Assembly: GCA_001642005.1 (NCBI GenBank)
Contig: LWCA01000196.1
Span: forward strand, 1-41,375
Source of the DNA: Intoshia linei
Lineage: Eukaryota; Animalia; Orthonectida
Direction of reading: 5' to 3'
Length of the DNA stretch: 41,375 nucleotides
A program made the translations under genes and the position numbers. Each line of letters starts with the position of its first letter. Position 1 is the stretch's first letter. This document shows positions 12,601 to 24,102 of this stretch, in pieces. Under the pieces are notes generated by a model. It was not told the origin of the DNA, did not search any database, and saw only the letters and a list, made by a program, of their open reading frames with translations.

Positions 12601-13774
12601 GTTTTGAAAATGAGAATTTGAATTTTAAAATTTAAAAATTGCGAAAGAATAAATTATATAGATGTTCACCCATATTTCTATATTGGAAATGTGTAGACGT
12701 TCAATGCACATTTTTTTTGAAATTGTAGGATCAATATTTACATTTTTAATTTTTATTTTAACCGAAATATTATAAAAATATTGGTTGATAATATATTAAA
12801 AATTATTTTTCATCGGGAATGCGTAGATTTCTCGGGTTGAACTTTTGTATTTATATCAACTGGAATAAGCTCTATCAGAATATTATTTTTTTTTAATTTT
12901 CAAACAGTTAATTATTTCACATTTTTTGTTTTAATAATATATTTTGGAAAAAAAATATATGAATACTAAAATGATTTTTTGACCGTGAAGTTATCACTTA
13001 TTCGGATTGAAATTTTTTATGTGTGTTAACAGGATACAACTGTACCAATTTTGATAATATTTATGATTTTAAAATCAATAATTAGTTTTTTTAATCTTTG
13101 ATATATACTTATATACATGCCAAAGGCGCCGACCGTAATATAAACTAAACTATTAAATTAGAATAAATTAAACTAGATGTACTTCCTACTTCCAAATCAA
13201 AAATAAGCTTTGAAAACTTACAGCAAGTTCAACAGCCTTTTCTGGAGTTACTCCTACAAGCTGTGGTAACAAACCTCGATAAATTCCCCTGAAGCCTTCA
13301 AATTTGATAATTTTTCTGGCACAATCCAGACTATTATTATACAATACTTTAGATTTAGTTTTTTGTTGATTTTGCATTCTAGTCTTGACAAAATCAATTG
13401 GATATACAAAACTGGCCCCAACATCTAAGAAAAAATTTCAAAAGTTAGATATTGTATGAATTGTAATACAATTAGCATGTTCTATTTATCATTACATAAA
13501 AACACACATAAAAAGCATGTGAACATTATGCATGATCATTATTGTCATATTAAAACTAATTATAAATAGTTAAAAGGTTTAATATTTACCTCCGGCTATT
13601 CCTCCCAATACCAAATTGACCGCATTAGATTTAAACTTGTTGACAGCTTCTATTCCCGGTTTTTCATCCGATTTTGCAGTTTTTAATGAAGTGTGCATTC
13701 TTAAAATATGATTAAAACTAATAATATACCAAATACATTCTCTCTTTTAAAGTATTTAGATATTTTATAACCAT
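9686..13774 (-). CDS. SLC25A12/13-like: Mitochondrial aspartate/glutamate carrier copy B (carrier domain only; first and last exons uncertain)
   Basis: Exons approx. 13590-13699, 13222-13424, 12227-12307, 12047-12187, 10293-10431, 10084-10239, 9741-9819: [26 protein letters not shown]...[11 protein letters not shown]...[12 protein letters not shown]...[11 protein letters not shown]...[12 protein letters not shown]...[17 protein letters not shown]. Intron positions match copy A. Confidence 0.85.
10795..11950 (+). mobile_element. Helitron-like non-autonomous element with nested hAT MITE (~11658-11842)
   Basis: 5' end A|TCCTAACTTATATA plus a GT/GTCT microsatellite. Body shared with 16420-17030, 24566-25070 and 27020-27582. 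Degraded 3' hairpin at ~11930-11950. Confidence 0.7.
12520..13075 (-). mobile_element. Helitron-like family fragment, inverted relative to the copy at 10795
   Basis: Reverse complement of 11040-11515 and 16680-17200 (e.g. GGAAATGTGTAGACGTTCAATGCACA, GGGAATGCGTAGATTTCT). Confidence 0.8.
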
Positions 13775-15350
13775 AGTTGTTCCTATTTTATACTATTTAC
13801 TTTGACTGTATTCCAATTTAGCTTGAGAATATTGATTTCAAAAATTGAAATCTAAAAAATCATTTATTTGGACATTTTTTTAAACAAACTACATATAAAT
13901 GTTTAACTTTTTAAATTTGTAACTACTTGACAGGATCAATTAATAAATGCAACATTATAGGAAAGGAAAACTTGGCAAGAGAACAGAAAATTTAAAAATA
14001 TAAATATATAATACGTAGAATATTTTTTTTTGTACAATGTACTATGAGTAAATTTACATACAATATGTGTATTACGCACAGAATGTAAAACACTCTAAAT
14101 GTACATTAAATGGGTATCCTTCGACTATCAAATGTGCAATTATAAATATGGAATCGCAATTTGAAAATACTAATTGATTTACAATAAGTCAATAATTATT
14201 AAATCTGTCGAAAACCTCGATTACTAACCTCTACTAACGCGAACACTACAAGGTACATTAATCTTCATTAAAATGTGCTTAAAAATGCGTAAATATAAAC
14301 ATTTACGTAACTTACAATAAACATAAATTAAAATAATGTATAAAATAATAGAAATTTTGGGGATTGAATTTTAATAAAAAAAAAGTATCATGTGAAAACC
14401 TGACATGGTAAAATTTGATGACTACTCGATGAGCCTATTATTTTCGTGAAATTGAAAAGTTGGAAACACACTCACAAAAAAAGTAATTAATGTACATACC
14501 ACAATATATATTTTTATAATGTTTGCACGTGTTGAACAATACCAATTTAAAAGTTTGTTTTATATTAACTAAGAAATCCTAAACGTTTTTGTCAATTGAT
14601 TTATATTACCAAAATTAGATTTTTCAATTTATTGTAATTTTGCCGGAAATCTCAATTCAGATTTCAAATGAGCGTTAATTTCTAGTTTCCATTAGGAATG
14701 AATCAACTTTTCCTCCAATTTGTTAATTTCTGTTTACTAAAGAAAAAATTTTGTAACTATAATCTCATTAGCGTTTCCATATTTATTATAAACGTGCACA
14801 TTCGGAGCTATGCACAATTCTTACAACACAGGTTTTAAACTTTTCCAATAGTGAGCTGCCTTAATACTATTATAACGATGCGACGATTCCAAAGAACAGG
14901 AACTGATTTTTTTAAGAATTAAGCATGTAGAATAGAAATAGAAGACAACAAAAAATTGTTATACCAAAAATCATAATGGGTATGAATGGTAAATGAAAAA
15001 TCATAACTGGTTTCAATCTATTGAACGCAGTAAGCACCGCAATCCTACGTGTTAGATAATTGTGTATTTTTTTAAATATCAAGTAAAAACTAAAAACAAG
15101 TTTAAATGACGCTATTAGTACGTGGAGGAGTTCCTATATTGCCAGGTTCAATACGGATACGAGTTAAACGAATTATTTAATATGAGTCGTTTTAGCAACT
15201 TATTTGAAGACATTTTTATCAAGCATTTATAATGGAGTAAGAGTTAATATTCTCCACTGCAAATTTTGCTGAATTGGATATTTAATAATATTAACCAACT
15301 CACATAAAAATATATTTTATTAACATATTTTAATTTCCTATTTTTTATGG

Positions 15351-18300
15351 TTATTTTTCTTTTTTTGATACAGGGGTGCCAAAGTACTTATTAAAAGATG
15401 ATAATTTCCAAGTTGGATTGTTGAAAGAGCCTATTGTGGATGCATCCAATTTTTCATCACTAAAAACAAAATTAAATATAAAAAACTAAAAAAACCTTTG
15501 CAATTTGAACACCATTTTTAATAATTCGTAACAACACAATGTGACTCCAAATTGAGGTGCTGAACGTATAACTCGAGCTAAATTAATATTGATTGATATA
15601 ATACACTGATTACGAATAGATCCTTTCATAAAAGCTCCTAATCCCTCTTGGCTATATATTTTTTGAACACAATCAATAATGTTTTTGTAACCAACTTGAT
15701 TTGCTTTGGTAAAAGCTTGAAGTCTAGTTTTAATTACATCAGCCGGTGTAACCAAATATGCTGCTGGAATTCCTAATATAACAAAATTAATAAATGTCGT
15801 ATACCATAAACACAATCGGCACTGAAATCACCATGCTCGACTCTGAATTATAAATAAGTTTTATTCGGAATGGATTCACATGGATTTTGTAATTATCATT
15901 ATACCAATTCAACTGTCAAATAAATAATATTAAAATACACATGTTATCCTTACTTATACAACATTGAAAAAAATAAAATAATATGTAAATACGAATTATA
16001 ATTTTTACATTCCTGAAAAAATTTTAAAAATTTATCTCGTAGTAAAAGATTAATTAATATTAATAACCGGCATTTATGTAGTTACATACAACTAAACTAA
16101 TATATAAATTCTTTATCTATATATATATACAATATAAAGCTATATATTGATTCACTTTTAAATGAATGACCATTATTGTATAATTTGTGACTTAACCCTA
16201 ATAAAATCAAAAAAATCTTACTCTATCCAATGTGAACCATTTCGTGTTAAAGTTAAAAAAATGTATACATGCGTTATGATTATTCTTTATCGTGGATTTG
16301 TTATTTTATTTGTTAATGATTAAAACTTAATTTAAAAAAAATCTGGATGATCAATAATTTTGTATCATGAGATTATATTTGCGTCTTCTCGTGTAGATTG
16401 TACTTTAAAAAATATGCCAATAATATAAAAATATATACGCTGATACGGATTTTAAAATCATAAACATTATCATAAATTTAAATGCTGATGCGGATTTTAA
16501 AATCATAAACATTATCATAAATTTAAATTTAAAAAAATACACTGATGCGGATTTTAAAATCATAAACATTATCATAAATTTAAATTTAAAAAAATTATAT
16601 GTTCAGGGCCAAAACCACAAATTACCCTTCTTTTTTTATGAAAACAACCCTAGAATTTAAAACAATTTACAGGTAGTATAGTTGTATCCTGTTAACACAC
16701 ACAAAAAATTTCAATCTAAATAAGTGACGACTTTACGGCCAAAAAAGCATTTTAGTATTCATATATTTTTTACCGAAATATTTTATTAAAACAAAAAATG
16801 TGAAATAATTAACGGTCCGAAAATTAAAAAAAAAAATTATTCTGATAGAGCTTATTCCAGTTGATATAAATACAAAATTTCAATCTCAGAAATTACGCAT
16901 TCCCGGTAAAAAATAATATTTAATCTATTATCAACCAATATTTTTCAAATATTTTGATTAAAATAAAAATTGAAAATGTAAATTGATCCTACAATTTTAA
17001 AAATAAAATGTGCATTGAACGTCTACACATTTCCAATAAAAAAATATGGGTGAAAATCTATATAATTCATTCCTTCGTAATTTTTTTCATTGCTACGCAA
17101 TTTTTAAATTTCAAATTGTCATTTTCAAAACATTTTAAATAAAAATTATAACAACGAAACTAGAAGTAATACAACTTTGTTATTATCATTTTTATATTTA
17201 TTACAATCCTTTGTAATATTGGTAAAAATCGCCTGAAATATGTTTATAAAGTGAAGATTCCGTTAATTGTTGATACATAATTGGTATTTTTAAGTTAGAT
17301 TTTCAACATTAATTTATTTTTTTGATAGAATAAAAATGTGCCCTCGGTAGAGCTAGGTGATGTTTGTACGTAGTACAAAACAGTCCACCTAGTTATATAT
17401 AATAAATATATATTAAAATAAATAACCAGACAATAGAGCTGTAGCAAAAGAAGCATGCATGGAAATGTGCCCATCTGCAGATTGAAACTTGTTTTTTAAA
17501 GTATGATACACAGGAAAGAATATTGCAGAAAATGGAGCATCACGAAGCATGCAAGCCGATGAGTACTAAAATGAATTAAATTATAAAATTATAAACAACT
17601 CTATAAAGTCCTCTAATACCAAGTTGGCGTACAACTTGTCCTGCTGTCACAGCCGATTTTTTTTTGCCTTCTGCCGCAATTTGAAGTTGTATTTTAACAA
17701 TTTCCAACGGATTTGTAAATAAAACTTGACAAAATCCAGCCTATATTTTGGTAAATAAAATTGTATATACAATAATTGAAAATAAAAGCTTTTTTTATAA
17801 AAGCTTAAATTAAAAGCGACACATTTTTGTTGTAGCGTGGTACAATGGTGCATTCGGGGACTAGAATCCATAGTCTAGACATGGGGTGCACAACGTGCGG
17901 CCGTGAGAGCGTGTATGTGCGGCCGTGGGCAATACATCTGATCATAATGCAATATATCATTTTACTTCAAATTGATAAGTTAAAATGAGATTTTATTCAA
18001 GGTCTACTTAAAATATTTTAATTAAAAAGTTACATTATTGACTTTACCCCAGTTTCTCTACTGTTAACGAAGGGCACACAAAATCAAGGCAGTCACTGAT
18101 ATCTTTTTTTATGTCATTATTAATATTTACATATTTTGTTTATGGGATTTAAGGGGTATTTTCATAAAATTATTGATAAAAGCGAATTTTTTTCGTTAAG
18201 GGTTGGTAAAATTTGGTTTTTTCTTTTGGAATCAGATAGGGTAGTTTTTATTCTAAAACTTTGGTAAAAATGGATTTTTAAAAAAAATATTGGTAAAAAG

Positions 18301-21300
18301 GGATTTCTTCCTTAAGGGTTGGTAAAATTTTGGTTTTTTCTCATAAGATTATATTAAATTGGATGATTTAATAAAATATGTTGAAAATTGTAGATTCGCC
18401 TACAATCATCTAAATTTTCGTATTTAAGGTTTGGGGTGACCAGTCACCCCCATGAAAAGCACTGCATTAATCCTACTTATTGCTATTTATTCCGATTCAG
18501 ATAAATGACAAATGTGGTGTTAATTTATATAAGTGAATTAAAAATTAATTTTAATTGAAAATTATTAATTCAAACTTGCTGATATTAAAATTTAAAGAAA
18601 ACTATTCTATTAAACCTAAAATTTAGGTCCAGAGTAAACTCTCTCAGTGTCGAGGTAAATTTTGTGCGGCCGTAGTATCAATGAAAAATGTAGCATTGTG
18701 GCTAAATTGGTGGAAAGATGGTGCACCCCTGGTCTAGACTCTAGAGCAGTGGTTCTTAACCGGGGGTGCATAATCAATTTATGGGGTGCAGAGAGCTATT
18801 TTCAATTTTAGTTTCAAGGCCTATACTTTCCATCGCGCCCGGGCCTTTTGCTGGCTCTCCACGACCATTATTATGACCAAATCAGCTTTATTTATAATTC
18901 ATATAGTATTAATTGATTTTTAATCAGGGGTGCACAGTCATTAAGATCAATATTTGGGGGTGCATAGGACAAAACAGGTTAAGAACCACTGCTCTAGAGC
19001 AATTTTTCTTAAGATTTTTTACTGCAGGGCGCACCTTAATTTTTATAAAAAAAAATATAGACATTAAAAACGATAACATATAAAATAATAATAAAAAAAG
19101 CATATTTTATGAACATAATTTAATTACATTATTATATTGGTTTTTAATGGGAGATCAATGTTTGGTGAGATTTTGCTATTTTCTTTGTGGAGCACCGGTT
19201 AAGAATTACTGATATAGAGGCTAGGATTAATCTTGGTTTATTATCTATATTTACCCTTACATCATGTTGGTATTCCCAACTTGGGAATTTGGCGTCGTGA
19301 AAAATAAAGGTTTACAAAAATTGATACGCTCAAATATAAAAAATGATACAAATAAATTAAACCGATATAATTCCTACATTTCGGTAACTCATAATTTCCA
19401 GGGGTAGGAAAACACTGATTTCAATCTTAATGAAATAATTACACTTCCACCGGCAATCATTCCTTTCCAAAATGGTAAAACTTCATCCCCACGTCGTAAT
19501 TTTGATCGCATGAAATCATTAACCTAAAATTAAATATGAATATAAAGATTAACTACAATTTAAAAATAAAACAATGGCATTGAATGGGTATTATTTAAAC
19601 CAGCGGTTCCCAGATGCCGGTCCGCTCAAAATTATTTTGAAAATATTTCAAATAAAAATACAATAATATAATATATATAATAAATACGATATTGATAATT
19701 ATAATTATTAAATGTATATCGTAATTAATTTTATGATTTCTGGTTAGTAAGTAGTGAGAAATTTTATAGCATTTTACCTGTTCGAGAGGTAAAGAAATTG
19801 TGGGAACCCCTGATCTAAATTAAATTAACAAAGCTTAAATTGCTAAAAACTAAAAGTTCAATTTGCATATTTTAGTTATATATACTGTAAGTTTGATGGC
19901 TTTTTCTGGAGCTACACCAACGAGTTGAGGTAATAAACCTCTATATAATCCTCTGAGTCCCTCGTGTCGTAATACTTTCTTGGCGCAATCTACACTACTT
20001 TTGTAGAGAATTTCGTCAATTTTTATGTTTATATGTTTTCTTTGATTTTGCATTCTCGTTTTAACCAAATCGATAGGATAAACAGCCATAGCACCGATAC
20101 CTATGTATTTTTGTATAATAAAATATACATATGTATAACTATCATTTCCCAAAAATTTCCTACTTTATATAACATAAAATTAAGAAATCGTATTAAAAAC
20201 TTGTGAAGTGTTGCAGAGTTTCTTAAACGGATACAATTCACAACCCTGTGGTCGGTGAAAATTTTTAAATTGTAAATTAATGTACAGTAAAGCATAAGCT
20301 CTACCTTTCTATATTTTTATCTACTTTAAAAAAAGTTATACAATTGCAAATTGTAGTTAATTGTAAATACTGATGCCAGACCAGATGTTATGAACCACGT
20401 ATTTATTGAATATAAAAAAATTACCTCCAGCTATTCCACCCAACACAAAATTAAAGATCCCCTTTTTAGCTTGAATTATAGCTCCATCTTTAGATTTCTC
20501 TACTTGTTCAACTTTACTAGCTTGTTTTAAATCTGACAAAATTCTAAAATGTTAATTAAAATTAATTAATTCTTCATAATAGACCCATGTATAGGAGAGT
20601 TTCCACAGTCACACCCTTTTATAAAAATGATCCCTATGTATACTCCCTCGAAGCAATTGTGCAACGATATAAACCAATCTAAACTAATTGCTGTTTTGGA
20701 TAACTAATTAAACCATACTGCTGATAGCTATTTATATAAAAAAATTTTATTTGAAGATGTATTTAGTCAACTAAGTAACATAGTGCCTGGCTTTGTCTTT
20801 CAACAATATAATGCTAGACCTCTTTTGATCCAAAAAACCAGGGAAAGGTTTGCTGCTAAATCAATAAAATTATTAGGATTAGAATTTAAAAATTATAAAA
20901 TTACTCCTTATTCTCCTGATATATCCCCAATAGAAAATCTATGGTCAATTATGAAAAATCAGCTATATCATGATTCAAAATATAATTCGAAAATGCATGT
21001 ATCGCAGAAAATATCTCATATTGTCCAGGAAATAATTTTGAAGGAAAAAGACATGATTATAAGGCTACGTAAATTATTTAATTCAAAAATGTACAAAGTT
21101 ATGATAAATAATGGAAATTTGATAGATTTATATAATATAATATATATTTAATATATCAATAATAATTATATTTATTGTTTTGCAAAATTGTTGAGACTTT
21201 TATATCTACATATAAATGAAAAAGGTAAATTTCTACTAATTAATTCGGCCCATTTTTTTATTTTTTTTAGCCTACGATAGATCTTTCTTCGATGATTATT

Positions 21301-23718
21301 ACATAAAAAATTCTGACATTTAAAGTATCACTGAGACTATTTTCTAATAATTGCAAAATTCCTGCGAGGGACTATATATATATTCAATTAGGAGTAGATA
21401 TGAGTCGATTCCGATACAGTAATATAATATAATAAAATAGTGACAAGTTTCAAAAAAATGAGTTTTTTCTAAATTAATTAATTCTCTGGTTATTAATAAT
21501 AGAAAATAATATAATATTATTATTGATAATAACTTATTATTGCAAAATCTATAATAAACTTTTCATGTAATCTGACACGATGAAGCATCAAATAAAAAAT
21601 TATGAAAACCTTATAAAATGACTTTAAAATCCAAAAATTAAGTATTAATCTCTTAAAAATTAGAATATTTCAAAATATTTTTCAAAATTTTTAGAATCGA
21701 ACTCGTTAAAAATTTACCAATCGTAGAATACGAATTAGTACTAATATTAGTTATTAGATAATCTAAAAATCAAATTTTAAGATTTAAAAAAAATACACTC
21801 AAAACCACCAATTAAAATTTGAATAATAAATTTCTTTTAAAACTAAATTTGAAAGTATACTAAAAAATTACGTCGAGTCCTTAAAAAAATTCAAAAATTT
21901 TTTATCCAAAACTGTAGTATTAAATGTTTTCAAATATGTTTCAATAAGTTTATCTAAAATTAAATTGATTTAAATTTTGTATACATATATATTATAAATA
22001 CACCATTTAAATAGTAATTATTTCCATCATGGTCCAAAATTTGGACTCTAAATTACACTATGAACACCAGGGGTGTGAATTTTTTCATTTTTTTGCGTAA
22101 ATACAAAAGTGCCACCTCATACGTGGAAGATGGGGTTGAATGATACACAATTATAGAAAAATTATATAAAAAGGATTAAAAAAGCCTTGGGGCAAAGCAC
22201 TTCAAAATATGAATAATGAGTAAAATTTAATTTATTTTGTATAGTAAATTCATAAACAATAATTATTTCCATAACAATTAATTTTCAATTTATATTTTTT
22301 TTATATTTATTCAGTTTTCTCATTGGAATCGGTTTTTTTATAATTTCGACGTTCATGATTCGCTAGACGATAATTTTGCGCATCTTTATAGGTATTTGTA
22401 CAAAAATTTTTATACTTAAAATAATATTTTTAAGAAAATTGTTATATATTAGTTACTGTCAGCGATATAATGTTTAAAACTTTAGAGACGATGCCCCAGG
22501 GTTTTTTTAACAGTTGACAGCTAAGATTGGGTGCAAATTGAATATTTTCAAAATGTTCATATAGTGAAAGGGAGCACTTTTGATATAAAAATTCGTTCAC
22601 ACCCCTAATAAACACCCTTTAGAAAATTCCAAACATTTTAATTTTACTTGACCATTTTGCTACTGTAACTATAAACAACTAATACACCATAAAATTGTAC
22701 ATTAACCTTGAATAAAACTATATGACTAATTTAAAATTTAAGATACCCCAAAATTCAAGTCATAAAGTACATTGGCGGCTGAAATTTGTAATTTGCCATA
22801 TAAAAATACCATTATTTGTACAATTAAATGTTCCATTAGAGGTTAAAGTGGAAATTTTTCTAGCAACATTAATAATAGAACAAGTTTCGGCAAAACTCCA
22901 ATTTTCGCGATCAATATTTTTCTAAATTAATGAACTATCAAAGACAAAAATAAAATAAAAAAAAAGTTTTCATTTAAATTTTTTAAATAAAAACATACCA
23001 AATTATTTTGATTAAAAAATGAAAATAAAATGGTGTCCTTGAATCGTTTTTTGGCAAACTGAATAAAATGATCATTTGAAATTGTACACCCATCATTAGA
23101 CAATTTAAAAAAAAACTGAGCATCACATTCACGCGTAAATTCATTTAAAAAATGAACAAAATCAGGATAATGAATAGACACATTATAGGTTTTACCAAAA
23201 TATAACTGAAAAAAATTAAAATTAAAATTTAAATAATCCAATTTGTCAATATTAGCAATACATTTCTTGAAATTATCTAATTAAATTTTAAATTTATTTT
23301 ATACTCTTTTACCAAAATTAATGCAACCATTTTTTTGACATAATTCGTAAGCTATTTGATAATTAGAATCAGGTAAACTGAGTAAATGTTGTAAATTTTG
23401 AATATGTTCAAACTCGGCAATTCTAGAATGAATTATATAAATTTTATAATGATTTTTAATATAATACCCCTTAGCAGTACTGTAGGTTAAAATTTTATGC
23501 AATTGTTGATAATCATATTGATTCAAGTGGTTTTTATAAATGCTGTTTAGAAATTCTTCAATATTTACATACAATGTACCCTTTTCTAAAAGTGATGAGG
23601 GTAACTAGAAATGATACATTATGACTTAAGTAATAATTAAATCTCAAGGTCAATTCTAGTAATGTACCTTGTAACAGTGATTGTAAAGTTTGTTTTGATC
23701 CAAATTGCGATTAAACAT
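15351..23718 (-). CDS. SLC25A12/13-like: Mitochondrial aspartate/glutamate carrier copy A (aralar/citrin with divergent EF-hand N-domain)
   Basis: ATG at 23718. N-domain exons 23718-21872 ([20 protein letters not shown]; [24 protein letters not shown]) align to the aralar N-domain. Carrier exons approx. 20425-20544, 19886-20100, 19443-19523, 17600-17740, 17427-17565, 15614-15772, 15496-15577, 15351-15459 ([52 protein letters not shown]). Confidence 0.92.
15947..17392 (+). mobile_element. Apparently complete non-autonomous Helitron in an aralar-A intron
   Basis: Starts A|TCCTTACTTATAC and ends with hairpin TTTGTAC-GTA-GTACAAA then CTAG|T. No TSD, insertion between A and T. Confidence 0.75.
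16439..16590 (+). repeat. Triplicated 45-58-bp unit inside the Helitron
   Basis: CTGATRCGGATTTTAAAATCATAAACATTATCATAAATTTAAAT occurs three times. Confidence 0.9.
17881..18731. mobile_element. hAT MITE with internal Foldback-like subrepeats
   Basis: TIR GGGGTGCAC / GTGCACCCCTG, TSD GTCTAGAC (17873-17880, 18732-18739). Confidence 0.8.
18747..18991. mobile_element. hAT MITE
   Basis: Perfect 15-bp TIR CAGTGGTTCTTAACC, TSD CTCTAGAG (18739-18746, 18992-18999). Confidence 0.92.
19601..19812. mobile_element. hAT MITE
   Basis: CAGCGGTTCCCA...TGGGAACCCCTG, with degenerate TSD ATTTAAAC/ATCTAAAT. Confidence 0.7.
20641..21374 (+). mobile_element. Degenerate Tc1/mariner element, antisense within an aralar-A intron
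   Basis: ORF 20783-21151 has FQQYNA (catalytic D changed to Y) and [13 protein letters not shown]. Termini TACTCCCTCG / CGAGGGACTA, flanked by TA. Confidence 0.85.
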
Positions 23719-24102
23719 ATCAAGTTTATGTCAACTACTTTTTATTTTACTTTGTATTAAAAATTATTTTCAAGATATTTGTTAAATATTAAATATTTAA
23801 CTTTTATATAGACCACCAATTCAATCTCATAATTAGGATACAAAATGTGACATTAAAATAAATAAAATATCGGTCATGTTCTTATTAGTCTCGTTGTATC
23901 TTTAGTTACATTGAACAGTATTTGACTTTTAATGAAAGTTTTATATTTGTTGAAACTTTGTAGTCAGTTGTGTCACACAACTTGTGTGATTATACTCTTA
24001 CTTTTTATGTGTCAATATTCTCATCGGATTAAATTCAGTTCAATAATTTTGTATACTACGAATAAGAGTAAAAATTATATCAAAATTAACTTTTTAATAA
24101 AT

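Noticed and set aside
9686-13774. Carrier B as a true glutamate carrier (SLC25A22/18) ortholog
   Set aside because: It shares intron positions and the LLPQLVGV and RSAPQF motifs with copy A, so it is a local aralar duplicate.
14200-15270. Possible EF-hand exons of carrier B or a decayed transposase
   Set aside because: No consistent frame or motif found by eye; needs tblastn/blastx.
18433-18450. Palindrome GGGGTGAC-CA-GTCACCCC as a terminator or regulatory site
   Set aside because: Lies inside a MITE; most likely a transposon terminal remnant.
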